This document shows positions 28,158 to 42,812 of a stretch of 64,000 nt of DNA, piece by piece. Location of the stretch: assembly GCA_951406725.2 (NCBI GenBank), contig OX597814.1, forward strand, positions 129,828,001 to 129,892,000, in the 5' to 3' direction. The position numbers and the translations under genes were made by a program. The notes below the pieces were generated by a model. The model searched no databases, was not told the DNA's origin, and saw only the letters and a program-made list of their open reading frames with translations. How positions within the stretch are numbered: position 1 is the first letter of the stretch; the number at the start of each line of letters is the position of its first letter. This DNA comes from Octopus vulgaris (taxonomy: Eukaryota).

Positions 28158-28995
28158 TAGAATAAGAAAATATTCTTAAAGAAAAGATTCGCTCAGTAAG
28201 AGAATATCCTAATAGAACAGATTCTCTCAGCAAATGCTTAGGCAATATCCTAATAGAATGGATTCTCTCAGCAAAGAATAATATGAGAAGGCTGTCAAAG
28301 AGAATTAAGTCATCAAATTCTTCAATGAAGGGTTGCATGCGAATCGGTTGATAATATATTCCATCGTAGCAAGCCAGGTTACGGAAATTTATATTACTTT
28401 TTAATTAGCAGAGAAATAGTAAATTAGCAGTTCACTGGCACGCCGTCTTAGTGAATTATAGAGCTGTGATTGAAATGCTCTAAACGAGATTGTACAAATG
28501 ATGAATTTGTAAAGAAGGTGGGGCTGGAAGTAATTAGACCAGATAATCTGAAACGAAGATCAATTAGCAGGTCAGTAAAGAAAAAAAAAACAAAACAAAA
28601 AAAAAAACAAAGCAGAAACTCCCCCACCCCACAACTAATGTCAATAGATTTATTAGGTGTATCTAAAAAAAAATAGAGTTATTGATAACATTTATACTAA
28701 AACACTATATAAAAGTAAAGTAAAAATACAAAGTGACTGATAGACCTCGGAAAACAATCAACGAATTTGAAATCTGCAAATCTGCAAAATGCGAATTGAA
28801 ATTCGAGCATTATTATTAATTTAATCATCAAGTTCAGCGGACCGACCCTTGTATTTAGCAAATACTGTTGATATAAAGCGACCAAACTAATCAACTGTCT
28901 CATAACTCATGACCTACAACTAAGCACTTGAATGACTCAGATAACTATTGCTCACACACACACGTACACACACACATACATACATAACAACATAC

Positions 28996-29030
<35 letters not shown>

Positions 29031-29967
29031 CTTGAGTGTATGTATATGTGTTTATGCGCATATGGCTGCTGAGTATACATATGTATGTATGTACGTATGT
29101 ATGTAAGGGATTCTCATTTAGACACAAGGCCACGAAGTTTGCGGGAAGAAGGGTTAATTCTATATCTTCGATTCCCAGTACTTAATAGGACTTTATTTGA
29201 GCAACCCTGGGGACTGAGTGTATAAAAAGCAAACTTGGATCTGATGGGATTTGAACTCAGAACATAAAGAGCCGCAGGATATTTCTTCCGAGTCGCTAAC
29301 AATCCTATCATTCCATTGCATTATGTATGTATACAATCATGTTTAAAATGTACTTTTCTATCATTTCGAGTTTGTTGTCAGATCAGCTGTCGTTAGATGA
29401 TGAATTACGAAACTTCGGATTCGATTCTATATCTTCAAGGAAAATTTTCCAATGCTAATGTTCTCGCGTTGGCGTGTAACGCCACAGGACATGTATGTGG
29501 CTTAGCACTCCACAGACATGCGTACCTTTGACGTACGTATAACCGGTGTTTGTCACACGCTGATAACAGGTCAATACAAAGAAACTCGGGTCCGTGCCTA
29601 TCACGTCAGGTTGGAGATGGGAAGGATAGCTTCCCTTTGCAAATACTGATAGGGCACAGAAAGCGTGTCAATAGCCAGCTGGAGGAAGTGTCTTCCTGGG
29701 GTTACAAGCTACAGTAGCATCCACCCTTAAGGGTTAGCCACATTTAAGTGGCAAATATACTTCACATTGTCGTACAGCTACTGCTTATACCTCGCTCAGA
29801 TATTTATTATTGCTTATATATATACACACACCTACATACACAGACCCTCACCTCACATATGCACGTGTGTGGGGGGTGGGGCACATGTGTAAATATATAT
29901 ATTTATGTATTTCAACACAATCTTTTGAAGCTCATTCAAATCGTTTTATGTAATGTAATGGGTCTGA

Positions 29968-30037
<70 letters not shown>

Positions 30038-30861
30038 TGTGTGTGTGTGTGTGTGTGTATATGTATATATGCACGTATATACACGCACACATCCTCCCCC
30101 ATACAAATATATTGCTAATGCAATAGTTTATATAGTAATTATAGGTGTTGCAATAATGTTATTGTGTACCAGTTACTTTCTAAGTTAGTATTAATATGAA
30201 AATAGTTGAGACATTTTTTTACAAAATAAATATTTTGATTTATATTTAGATATCTCTAAAACCAGTGATCAAATTGCCAATTTCCTTGATTGTAATCAGT
30301 AGCCTGTGTTATCATAGAAAATTTGATATTTCAAAACTAGGGTTTTTAAGTTTCATTTAATTGTTGACCGAGAAAATTCAGTTATTTTGTTATATAAATG
30401 CCTTTATCTCTGCTGTAACTTACAAATACCTAAATTCAATAAATTAAATTAATTTACTGTATAAATTCTGTATAAACATATCTATATCTAATTTCTATTC
30501 ACACATTTCTCAAGTCGTATATGTAAATAAAACTTAACATGTCTAAACTTACATATGTATTTGATGTTAATCACCTAATACTTAGCATCTCACCACGCAT
30601 TCGTGCACTCGCTCCCCCACACAAACACATGCAGAGACACAGGCACACACACACACACATTTGTTTGATTTCGAAGTGAGTTTTGCTAAGAGGTGCAGCT
30701 TAAAATTTTTACTTTGCAAATCTTTATTCTTTGCTTTAATCTCTGTTGCGATGACGGTTAAACATGCTGTCATCGGAACAGGGATAAATTTGTACATCAC
30801 TGCTGTCTATGAGCGAAAAAGAACAAAGAAACAGAAATAGGGCTTTTCCATATTTATCAGT

Positions 30862-31198
30862 AGGTGCAGGCGTGGTTCTGCTGTATGAAGCTTGCTTCCC
30901 AACTATACGGTTCCAGATTCAGTCCCACTGTGCGGCAACTTGGGCCAATGTCTTCTACTATAGCCTCGGGCCGACTGAAACTTTGTAAGTGGATTTGGTA
31001 GACGGAAACTGAAAGAAGCCTGATACTTATTCTATCGGTCTCTTTTGCTGAACCGCTAAGTTACGAGGACGTAAACACACCAGCATCGGTTTTCAAGCGC
31101 TGTTGGGGGGACAAACACAGACACACACACACACATATATATACATATATACATATATACGACGGGCTTCTTTCAGTTTCCGGCTTTGGTCGGCCCGA
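30862..31198. mobile_element. SINE family A 5' half (+) fused to an inverted family A fragment (-)
   Basis: Orientation switches at ~31022. Confidence 0.8.
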
Positions 31199-31759
31199 TA
31201 GCAGCTTCATGAAATGAGTCATTTTAGTTATAATACATAGCTTGCTTCTTAAAACGTTCAGAAACTTTCAATTTAGACAATGATTTCAAATTTTGGCACA
31301 AAGACAGCACTTTTAGATGGGGGAAGTAAGTCAATTACATCGACCCCAGTGCTCAACTGGTACTCATTTAAGCGATCTCGAATGGATAAAAGGCAAAGCC
31401 GACCTCAGCGGAATTTGAATTCAGAATATAAAAGGCTTTAGGAAATGCTGCTAAGCATTTCGTCCGTCACGCTAACGATTCAGCCATCTCACCATCTAAC
31501 ATCTTAGTTAATACAAACTTTTTCTGAAACCAATGTCAAATCGAACGTATAGAAGAAAAGTCTGCATTAGGTTGTCAAATGTCGCATGACCCTCTTATTT
31601 AATGAAAATGTTTTAGACGATCTAAAACTTAAGTCATTCGCTTTTAATCATCCCAAGACACCAGTAGCTATGAAAAGTTATTTTAAATCTCACCAACAAT
31701 CAGTCAGAGGTCCTTCCTTTGTTCAAAAGTCACCTCTCTGTGTTGTACTGCATAAATAC

Positions 31760-32070
31760 GAACAGCCGACATCTTGTTTCCTGTTCATCTTTTGATGTCG
31801 TCAGTTCACAAACGTCTTTGATAGTTTCTCGCTCTCTTCTCTTCCACACTTCATGTCAGTTTGGCCTCGGGCAGTAACTGATGGTGTATAGTATGTACAA
31901 AATATGATAGCTTTGTAGACTTGATTCTCGACAATAGATGACTTTGGCCTTTCAGCTTTTCTAGCTCTGCAGTATTCGTTACCATGTCTTACCAGTTTAT
32001 TCTGAACACTCTGTAGAAAATCCACATCGTAAAGACTTCTATTCTCTCCATTGTTGAATAGATTTTAACT
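31760..32070 (-). mobile_element. Old RTE LINE 3' fragment
   Basis: ERIEVFTMWIFYRVFRINW*DMVTN..EL...LLSRIKSTKLSYFVH...TDDIKR*TG. Confidence 0.7.
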
Positions 32071-32387
32071 TTCATCTTTTTGCTATACAGTATCGAATCC
32101 ATGGGATAATGTAGTTTTAAATTTCAAAATATAGATAGAACGAATATTTGGTCATAGATAGGTTTGCATAATCAGGACTGACGTGAGAGTTACTAAAGAC
32201 AAAAAACAAACAAAAACAAAAACAAAAAGAACAAAGAAAACAAAGACAATAATTTCCCTCTGAAAAGTGATATCTTTAACGTAGAAAGCGCCTAGCCTAA
32301 GCGGGATTACCAGCAATGACTGAATTTCAATCGTTACGGTAAATATAAAATAATATTATTTTAAAGCACTTTTAAGACTAACAACTG

Positions 32388-32445
32388 AACATTCCCTGAC
32401 GATGTAACTTCATACTGTGAGTAGAGCGAAATATATTGTAAAGAT
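32388..32445 (+). ncRNA. Degenerate hammerhead-like motif
   Basis: aacattcc-CTGACGA-t-g..hairpin..c-GAAA-tata-TT-gtaaagat. Only 5 of 8 positions in stem I pair. Confidence 0.4.
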
Positions 32446-32524
32446 CGAGTTGATTGGGACTTCAAGTGTCTCCTATCTGTTTGTCCCACCACTGGTAAAA
32501 ATTTTCATGGCTGGAATTAAATAT

Positions 32525-32826
32525 TGTTTGTTCCTTCTCAAGCCATGCCTGGCTCATAGGGCCGGTTTCCCGGTTTCCTTGGCGTATAGGTTCCCCACCT
32601 GGACGTGACGCAGGTCCGTCGCAGGTGAGCTGCAAGATGCAGGAGGAAAGAGTGAGAGAAAGTTGTGGCGAAAGAGTCAACAGAAGTTCGCCATTACTTT
32701 CTACCGGAGCCGCGTGGAGCTTAGGTGTTTTGCTCATAAACATATACGTCGCCCGGTCTGAGATTCGAACCCGCGATCCCTCGACCGCGAGTCCGCTACT
32801 CTAACCACTAGGCCATGCGCCTCCAC
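32525..32826 (-). mobile_element. SINE family C
   Basis: Reverse complement of 9456-9761, with TSD ggaRttaaatat. Confidence 0.88.
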
Positions 32827-33697
32827 GGAGTTAAATATACAATACCTGAAATTTAAATATTAATTTTATAACTGGTTAGCTTTTGCTTTTTAATCATCTA
32901 GTCTACCTCTATGCTTCTGTGCCGGCTATGTGGAAGTAACAGGATAAATGGCGAAATGGATGAGGCCGTTGGCGTAAGCGACAGTCTAATATATAATATA
33001 ATATAATATAAAATGAACGTTAAAAATAAATACTAAGTAGAAGTGACAGAACAAGAAACGAAGTTTTAAAAAACCCAACAATATTGAAAACAAAAATGAC
33101 ATCAAAAAAGACAAAAGAAAACAACAAGAACTCTGATATATTTTTTGAAGGTCGTCAGAGAAAAGGAAATTTGTTTCCATTTAACAATGACAGTGTTATT
33201 CTTTCATCAACAAAACACCTAATGAATCATAACCAAATGACTTAAGTAAATAGTTTAAGCAATTTATGACACACACACTCCACACACACACACAGACACA
33301 TACACAGACACATACACGCACACACCCAGACCCACACACATAGCACTGATATTTTAATATTTTTTTTACTCTAAATGATCTTATCCATTTAACACACACA
33401 CTTGCACACACATATATGTGTGTGTATGTTTGTGTGTGTGTATGTATATATGTATGTTTTGTGTGTGTGTGTGTGTGTGTGTGTGCGTGCGCCCGCGCAT
33501 GTGTGTATGACTGTGCGTGTGAATGTGTGTGTGTATGCGTATATGCATAGATATGTAGATATTCCCTCTGCTGTTAAATGTTTGCTTTTGTCAGATTACT
33601 TCTCTCTGTCTTTTCTGTTTATGTCTGTCTGTCTGTCTGTATATATGTATGTATGTATGCATACATGTATGTATGTATGTTTCTATGTATGTATGTT

Positions 33698-34062
33698 CTC
33701 TTTTTTAATTTAAAATTCATTTTCATCGACCTCCTTCTTGGTAGCAAAGTTGTGAAGTAAACCATCTTGTTTTGTTCATCTTCCTTTAAATCTTAAGATG
33801 GTGTTGTAGATTTTTATTGTCCCAGATATTGAAATCATTTGTAGCGTATAAATCAAGGAGTTGCATTCTCGTTCCAATAACCCAAGTTCAGGCATGCTTT
33901 GCTCCAGATAGTTTGGTACGCATCCTGTTACTCGAAGATAATAGGTGCAAAACTGACCGTGTATCTTGGGTTCCGGATTTGCAAGCTCCTTGTGTATTGT
34001 CCATAGACATTATTTTCCTCCTGTATTTTGTGACCACATAGGTGTCCAGAGGGTGTAGGAAC
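33698..34062 (-). mobile_element. R4/Dong-like RLE LINE 3' fragment (second subfamily)
   Basis: ..EENNVYGQ..RSLQI..P.YTVSFAPII..VTGCVPNYLEQSMPELGLLERECNSLIYTLQMISISGTIKIYNTILRF. TATG-type repeats lie on both sides. Confidence 0.7.
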
Positions 34063-34087
34063 ATATGCATATATATGTATGTATAAA

Positions 34088-34606
34088 CAGGGTGTTCCGC
34101 CAAGATTGATATCATTTCGTAGTCTAATAACATAACCAATTCTCACTCAATGATCTCAGCATTTAGCAAAATGTGTAAAAACTAAGTCGGACATGCCAGT
34201 GATAAGGACAATGTGTTGTCGAAACGGTCGCCACGTTCAACTGACTTGACACCTTGTGATTTTTTCTAAGGGGCTATTTGAAAAGACTGCTCTTCCCACA
34301 AGCCTAGAAGAACTCAAGCAAAGAATCACTGAAGTACCGGAGAACGTTACACAAGACATGCTACAGAGTGTTTGGCAGGAGCTTGCCACTCGACTTGACG
34401 TGTCACAGGCGGTGCGAATATTGAACATTTCTGAAGCGTTGTGAAATTGGTTATAAGTTATGTATCCCCCCGAATCTCTTGTTCGAATTTTGATAAGTAA
34501 ATCTTTTATTGTTTAGCACGAAGCCTGTTCAATTTCGTTTACTTCGGACATATAGTTCGTCAGATATTCACATGTCAAATGGTGTCAAATTTTTTAGACA
34601 ACTTGT
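34088..34606 (+). mobile_element. Internally deleted Tc1/mariner-superfamily element
   Basis: CAGGGTG terminus and the remnant PRSTDLTPCDF..GY.K...SLEELKQRITE...DMLQSVWQEL..RLD. The right TIR is weak. Confidence 0.7.
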
Positions 34607-34611
34607 ATCAT

Positions 34612-34990
34612 TACTCTTTTACTCTTTTACTTGTTTCATTCATTTGACTGTGGCCATGCTGGAGCACCGTCTTTAGTCGAGCAAATCGACCCCAGGCCTT
34701 GTTCTTTGTGAGCCTAGTACTTATTCTATCGGCCTCTTTTGCCGAACCGCTAAGTTACGGGGTCGTAAACACACCAGCATCGGTTGTCAAACGCTGTTGG
34801 GGGGACAAACACAGACACACAAACACATACACACACACACACACTCTCTCTCTCTCTCACACACACACAAGGCCTTAGTCGGCCCGAGGCTATAGTAGAA
34901 GACACTTGCCCAATGTGCCATGCAGTGGGACTGAACCCGGAACCATGTGGTTGGTAAGCAAGCTACTTACCACACAGCCACTCCTACGCC
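34612..34990 (-). mobile_element. SINE family A with an internal deletion
   Basis: Homology to 8619-9057. Confidence 0.88.
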
Positions 34991-35712
34991 TTGATAATTT
35001 TGCTTTAGACATTAGTGAATGCTAGCGGTAACATTAATTTCCTACAATCTATCACATGATCAGACCGTCGGTATCTAAACTGACTCCTCCTCGGGTTATC
35101 CTAGTAAGAAGGCTTCCTAAAAATTCAGTTGGGCAAAGCCATGATACATGAAAGGGATGATTCCAGCATAGGGTTAACAGATAATAATCAACAACACACC
35201 AAGATATTGAAAATCTCAAGATTGTGAGCAAGTCCTCCGTAAGATCACTAATTATGACAGACAGTTATGCGGTCCTGAGTCAAGGTGAAAGCATATTTTA
35301 TAGGAGAGGCCACTCTGAATAAAATAATTCATCTGCAGCTATTCGTAATAATTCATTAACGTAGGGGGGTTTATTTTACGCACGGGCAATTACGGTTGTG
35401 TGCAGCTGTGCACATCATAACTTACTTTTGTTATATTCTTTTAGATCTTAATTATGCACAAGTCTTAGTTCTTAATATAGATGATTCACTTAACTGTGTT
35501 GAACTATCATAAAATTACTTGATCTCTTCGAAGTAATATCTTCTTCTATATATAGTATATTGTAAAAATTGGCGCGTTCAGGTGGTTTTGTATACGTAGT
35601 GTATTTCTTGTGTTGTAAAAACTGCAAATCATCAACTAAGCTGAAATAGCTTTGCGGCTCATTAGCAAGCAATGGCCAAAATCATTATTGAGATGACTGC
35701 CATCAAGTTTGT

Positions 35713-35922
<210 letters not shown>

Positions 35923-36234
35923 GTTTGTTTGTATGTTGTATGTATACATGTACGTCTGTGTGCATATTAGTATATGTATGTGCGAATCTATGTATCTAAG
36001 TGTGTACATCCACGTGTATGCAAGTACATATACATGACTGCTTTATAGCTATGCATGTCTGTCTTAACGTATGTTGTATGCGTGCATGCATATGTACGTT
36101 TGTATATCTATTTGTCTGTCTGGCTGCTTGCATGCATGCATTCATATGCGCATCATATGTACACGTATGTGTGTGTTCAAGAATGGATGTTATTATATTT
36201 GTGGATCTGAATGCTTTGATTTACATATAGGTGC

Positions 36235-37048
36235 ATACGCATATCGTTCTATGTTTACTCATATATGCATTTATCAAAGGCCAAACCTCTAGAAAGTTCT
36301 ACAGATTTTCGAAGTTGCTAAATCCCTAATTAGTTATGCTCATGGTTGTGTGAAACCGAATGCTTCAAGATTAGTAGCGAGGCAGTTCCTTATACGTACC
36401 AGTAATTAAATATATAATTTAAAAGTTATTGTCTAGGTGACATATCAGAAGATTTCTTACTGGATCCTAATAAAAAAATTTCCTTTTCTGCTTACGAAAG
36501 CGAAATTCTGTCTGTCTGAGATCCCTGTATCTCAGTTTACATTTGCTCTCTCTTTGGAATCAGGATGATCCCGGGATTGAAAATCTACCTTTCATTTGGT
36601 TCTGGAACGTCCAGCATTGGGATCTAATTTTAAAGCATTTGGGTTGCTATTTCTTGCAGGTAAAGCTCGGCTGATTCACGTCATCTTGGTTGGCATTTGT
36701 CAGATGACGTCACTGATCAATGACATCTCTTTCGTTAATTTTACGTCGAGATAAGAACTTTTGGGACAAATTGGCCAACAGTTGGAATTCAACTTATATA
36801 TCCATGCATAGTCTTCTGCTCATCTGGGTCATTCTTTCATCTGATGATACGTTGCGGAAGATTCGTGTGACTTCTTTGGGCATGCATTCTAGGTTAGCAG
36901 ACAAAGAGTGTTGCTCAAAGAGCTGCTTTCTATGTCTTATGATATAATCAGCCTAATACATGCAAACTTGGTCAAGGGATGCGCTTCGACACTTGGTGGT
37001 TAAAAGATGTTACCGAAGGGATAGGATGCAACATCCAAAGGCATTTTG
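36235..37048 (-). mobile_element. Degenerate R4/Dong-like LINE fragment
   Basis: QNAFGCCILSLR*HLLTTK...LDQVC...IIRHRKQLFEQHSL...EQKTMHGYIS. 36235-36320 is homologous to 770-830. The 5' end abuts (TATG)n. Confidence 0.65.
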
Positions 37049-37152
37049 TTTGTATGTATGTATTTATGTATCTTTGTATGTATGTATGTATGTATGTATG
37101 TATGTATGTATGTATGTATGTATGTATGTATGTATGTACGTATGCGTGTATA

Positions 37153-37386
37153 TGGTGGCGAGCTGGCAGAAACGTTAGCACTCCGGGCGAAATGCGTAGC
37201 CGTATTTCGTCTGCCGTTACGTTCTCAGTTCAAATTCCGCCGAGGCCGACTTTGCCTTTCATCTTTTCGGGGTCGATAAATTAAGTACCAGTTGCGCACT
37301 GGAGTCGATATAATCGACTTAATCCGTGTGTCTGTCCTTGTTTGTCCTCTCTGTGTTTAGTCTCTTGTGGGTAGTAAAGAAATAGG
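37153..37386 (+). mobile_element. SINE family B, full length
   Basis: Head GGCGAGCTGGCAGAAACGTTAGC through tail GTGGGTAGTAAAGAAATA. Confidence 0.9.
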
Positions 37387-37749
37387 TATGTGTGTATATG
37401 TATATATGTATGTATGTATGTTTGTAGTAAAGAAATAGGTATTTCGTCTGGTGTCTGTAAATATGAGGCTGAGTTGGTGTGTCGGTTGAGCTGTCGATGC
37501 ATACACTCAACCGTGTGCATCTATTCACCTTAGGAATCTCAGATGGAGAATTTTTGTAATGTCTTACAAATTTTCACTGTGACACTAATAGATTGGATTA
37601 GGAAAATCTACGTCAGTTAGCCAGTCAGCCACTATGTATGTGTGTATGTATGTGTGTGTGTATGTATGTATGTATGTATGTATGTATGTATGTATGTATG
37701 TATGTATGTATGTATGTATGCATGCATGTTTGTTTGTATGTAAATTTGA

Positions 37750-38328
37750 ACGCGGGTGGCTTAGTGGTTGATGGTATTTAATGGTATTCAGAAGGCGGTG
37801 AGCTGGCAGACGACTCGTTAGCACGCCGGGCGAAATGCTTAGTGGTATTTCATCTGCCGTTACGTTCTGAGTTCAAATTCCGCCGAGGTCGATTTTGCCT
37901 TTCTTCCTTTCGGGGTCGATTAAATAAGTACCAGTTACGCACTGAGGTCGATATAATCGACTTAATCCATTTGTCTGTCCTTGTTTGTCCTCTCTGTGTT
38001 TAGCCCCTTGTGGGTAGTAAAGAAATAGGTATTCAACCCGTGGTCTTTACGTCGTGAGTTCGACACGTCTGGACTCATTGTGTCCTTGAGCGAAACACTT
38101 TACTTTACATTGCTGCAGTCCACTTACCTGGCAAAATTTAGAAGTACCTGTATTTCAAAGGGCCAACCTTGTCACGTTTAGTGTCACACTGAACCTCCTT
38201 GAGACCTACGTTAAGGGTACACCTGCCTATGGATTGCTCAGCCAATTGCTCGTTAATTTCAGGAGCAAACTCTTCTATTACTCCGAGCAACTGCAGCACT
38301 CGTCGTCGCAACCATCGGAGTGCCAGTT

Positions 38329-38330
<2 letters not shown>
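37750..38330 (+). mobile_element. SINE family D interrupted by a family B copy (37791-38027)
   Basis: A-box GTGGCTTAGTGGTT precedes the insert. B-box GAGTTCGA and TGTGTCCTTGAGC follow it. TSD GGTATTCA at 37783-37790 and 38028-38035. Confidence 0.75.
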
Positions 38331-38360
<30 letters not shown>

Positions 38361-41300
38361 TGTATGTATGTATGTATGTATGTATGTATGTATGTATGTA
38401 TGTATGTATGTATGTATGTATGTATGTATGTATGTGTGTATGTATGTATGTATGTATGTATGTATGTATGTATGTATGTATGTATGTATGTATGTATGAT
38501 TATATATCTATCCACCTGTCTGCATATATATATGTGTGTGTTTGTGCACGCTCACGCGCGTGTGTGTATCTGTGCATCGTGACATATTTATTGAATAATA
38601 TTTGAGTGAATGCTAAACTTTTAACTTATTTTATACTGTTCCTATAAATATATTTTATTGTCTTAAGTGATTTTCTATTACTGATATAACAACGACGGCA
38701 ACTACAATAACAGCAACAAGCAGTAGCTGCAATTATAATAATGCCCAACTAAAACGACACCTAAAGTAGGAACAGGAATAATAATTTTAGCAATAAATTC
38801 AACAATAACAACAGCAATTACAGTCTTTCGCAATCAGAACGTAAAGCACGCATGCGCACCGGCAACTAACCAGCTTTATATGTCATCTTCATCAGTGGCT
38901 TTATCGTGTTAGTATGGTTAACTCGACAGATTTTCACTGTCTGTGGTATTATAGCATCAATCAATTGATTCGTATTATGACCCATCAATCAATTAGTCTT
39001 TAGTCAAAAGCTGTTGTTGTTATTGTTGTTGTTGTTATCGTTTTTAGCTCTTGGTTAACAAATTGGTGAAATAGATCTATCATCAAAGACACTTCAATTA
39101 AAATCATAGCTGTGTCTTGTTAATAAGATCGCTTCGAAGCCAATTGATTTCGGGTTCAGTCCCACAGCGAGTCTAATTGGGTAAGAGTTTTCTACTATAG
39201 CCCCCGAGCCGACCAATCAATACCTTTTTGTATCTCCCTTCTTCTCTATTTTGCTCGTGAATTTTCAACTACCAGCGTCCTTCCTTGAATAGACTGTGCC
39301 CAGAGCCCGAAGATTGCTTGGAAACCTGCCTAGACCTGCGTCTGTATTGCAAAAAACTTATTTGTGGCTCGCATCTTTATACCGTGGACATTAAATGATA
39401 TTTATTTCTCATTGGCTCACTGGAGGGAGTACTTTTTTTGTTGATCTTTCCTTAACGGTACACTAAACTATATATATATAGGTATGTGTGCGCGTGTGTG
39501 CATGCGTGTATGTGTATGTGTGTATGCTGTTGTTGTTGTTGTGTGTGTGAGTGAGTGTGTGTGTTAGTGTGTCTGTGTCTGCGCGGATGTGTGTATGTGT
39601 GTATGTGCGTGTATAGTTCCCTCATCTCGTTGTTTTGCAAAGCAAAATCAGCCGCAACTTTTTCTCTTTGGCTACCAACGTATTTCCTCTTATAATTTGG
39701 TATCAAACATGAATTCTCTCTTCATCTCTCTCTCCCTCTCTCCCTCTCTGATATTAGCTTTCTATTCTTGTCATTCTCTCTATCGTTAGTTTATTCTGTA
39801 CTATACAATTGTTCTACTGTTACTAATCTTTCTTTTCTCCTTCTGGATAGAGTAACTGTAAATTTCTCAATAGTTCCTCCTTCACTTTATAACTAACTGG
39901 CATTTCCCTGTCTGCTCGAGTGACTACCTATATTATCTGTACCCTGGCTGAATGACTATTCCTGTCTCCACTTTGTCGATTCTTCACTTACCTTTGTGTA
40001 TTTATAAGCAACATCGCATGATAATTCATTTGTTTTCACTCTTTTCGGCGCAGGCGTTGTTTTCTCCTTTCAGATTCCTATAGCGAAACAGAAAAATAAA
40101 TCAATGAACAAAAGTGTAAATAAATAATCACTTGTTTCACATAAAAGAATGGCAAACTCTTTGGCTTTTTTATCTTTTAGTGAGGAGGTAAGGCAGTGCC
40201 CAGGATCATTTACAGAGTCTTTGAGATTGGTGGGAGGGAGAATGATTGCAACAGAGAAGACTTCGCTAAAGGCACACAAAACGGGCGACGGATTAATTTG
40301 TACTTCCAAAGTAAGTTATATGGGATTTGACCGAAAGGAACAAAAAAAAAAAAATATCGTAAGTCATTTGGTCCGATGTTTTTACAGCTCTGCCAATCCA
40401 ATGCTCTAGATTGATCCTTTTCTTATCGACCACAAATGGATAAAAGCCGAAGCTGAAACCAGTGGTAATTGGAATCAGGGCGCCAATTGCCTGGACAATT
40501 GTCGCCAAATATTTTATCTAACTATCAAGCAACTCTGCCACTGTACCACCGACAAGTCAAGTGAATGCTTAATTTCTGGGGAAGATATTCTAATGAATAC
40601 ACTTAAATATATGTAGAAACAAACGCATGCGAATGAGGCGTAGGTAGCTGCTTAGTAGCATTTAGTTACACCTCTATGTTCTGTGTGCAAATCGTTAATT
40701 GGATGGTGAGCTAGCTTCAGGTCAGATTCAGAGCTGACCTGAACAGACCCATGATCAAAGTGTTTTTCAGAAATGGCCATCTTTTATGCACACATGGTGT
40801 ATGCATAAAATATTGTGTGGTCAGTTTACATTATTCACTATGTCCTTATTTCCTAAGAATAGTAAAGTGACGTGGGATTAGAGGGCGATTATTGCTTACA
40901 ACTTCTAGCATGTGTAGTGAACCCGTATGAACACTGCGCTAGTAAGATCTTATAAAACTTAAATATATCTGTTACTACCACAGTTCATTCTAATAAAGCT
41001 CAGATTTCCCCTTAGACATAAGAATTCGATATTTTAAAAATTTATTCTGATTTTTCAAAAATGTCTCCGCTTTTCTTTGTGATTGGTTAATGACTACTGT
41101 TAGATTTTATTTACAATTTCCAATTAATGGGTAAATTTTAATTCATTAACTATTTTTTCGTGTGTGTACGTCATTTTGTACATCATCGCCTACTTGTTTT
41201 AACGGAGTAGGAATATTGTCTTCCTCCTGATTCTTCCGAAACTACCACCACCGTCGCCACCACCACCACCACCACCACCACCACCACCACCACCATCGCC

Positions 41301-41376
41301 GCCACCGCCTCCGCCACCGCCGCCACCTCCGCCACCGCCGCCACCGCCATCGCCGCCACCGCCATCGCCGTCGCCG

Positions 41377-41419
<43 letters not shown>

Positions 41420-41420
41420 A

Positions 41421-41451
<31 letters not shown>

Positions 41452-42759
41452 ATTATAACTTTCCTCTACGTCTCTTTTCTCTGTTTCACTTTCCTTGTTC
41501 CCTCCATTTCCTCTCCGTATTTGTTTCTCCCCCTCCTCCTACCCACCTCGTGTATCTGTCTCTCTCAAAGCCTCGTTATGAGAAGCAAAACTAACCACAC
41601 CACGATAAGATTTTCCTGCCTACTCATCCATCAGTTTTGGAAATTATATCAATCTAGAAATATTTATTATTAATGATATGCTGAAACTATATTGGTTTGG
41701 GTTCTGAGGTATGTGTATCGTCGTATCGTTGTCTTTATTTTATCCGCCATTCTAATCTCTCGAAATTGACCTCTAGCTTTCTGTATTTTGCGAATCAACC
41801 GATGACCATCTACGGGGACTGGAATCAGTATAGTGTTACATGGCTTCTTCTTTCCACCTTCCAGACAATTTGTCTTCCAACTGTCGAATACTTTGCCTGA
41901 CTGAAAAACACCCTTCCCTGCATTTACTCATCAGGGAATCGAAGCCATCACTGTACACGGCTTGAGAAGAACGTTTTAGGCAAATATAGAAAAGATGATG
42001 CATCACATTTCTACGCTAGATCGGTTACAAACTAGCTATAAGCCTTCATTATTATGCGTTCCCTGAAGATTCCGAACGAAATTTGAAGCGACACAAATAC
42101 TTGACTCCGTTACGTTGAACGGAGAAGGATTGAAAGACAGAAATAAACGAATAATTAAATATGATAAGAGATTGAGCAATAGTCAAAATATGTAGCAGAT
42201 AGTCAGCATAGCCTTGACATGTTGACACATGATGGGATACAGGATATCGAGACAGACGGAGAAGACTGATAGTGATAGTGGTACATAAACATATTTATAC
42301 AACTATATTTCTCGTATTACACCAGGGACAAGATTATGAAAACCGCCTCTTTATTTAAAATAACAATGTATACATTATATTTTTATTGGATTCATGCGTA
42401 AAAAAATGCGTTGTTGGACGAATGAGCTCAAATACAGGCCTAACAGGTCACTAAACGTTGAAAATTTATATGATTAATGTCATAGCAGAAACTGTGTGCA
42501 TGGATGTATGCGTATGTATATAAAAATGTATGTATGTATGTATGTATGTATGTATGTATGTATGTATGTATGTATGTATGTATGTATGTATGTATGTATA
42601 CATATATATATATATATACGTACATATATATATATATACGTACATATATATATATTTGTGCATATATGTGTGTGTATATGTATATATATATATATATATG
42701 TGTGTGTTTGTATATATATACATATTTATATATATGAATATACATACAGACATACACAC

Positions 42760-42812
<53 letters not shown>

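Noticed and set aside
41880-42090. TCATCAG (minus) and CTGAAGA...GAAA (plus) hammerhead-like words
   Set aside because: Either GAAA or a pairing stem I is missing.
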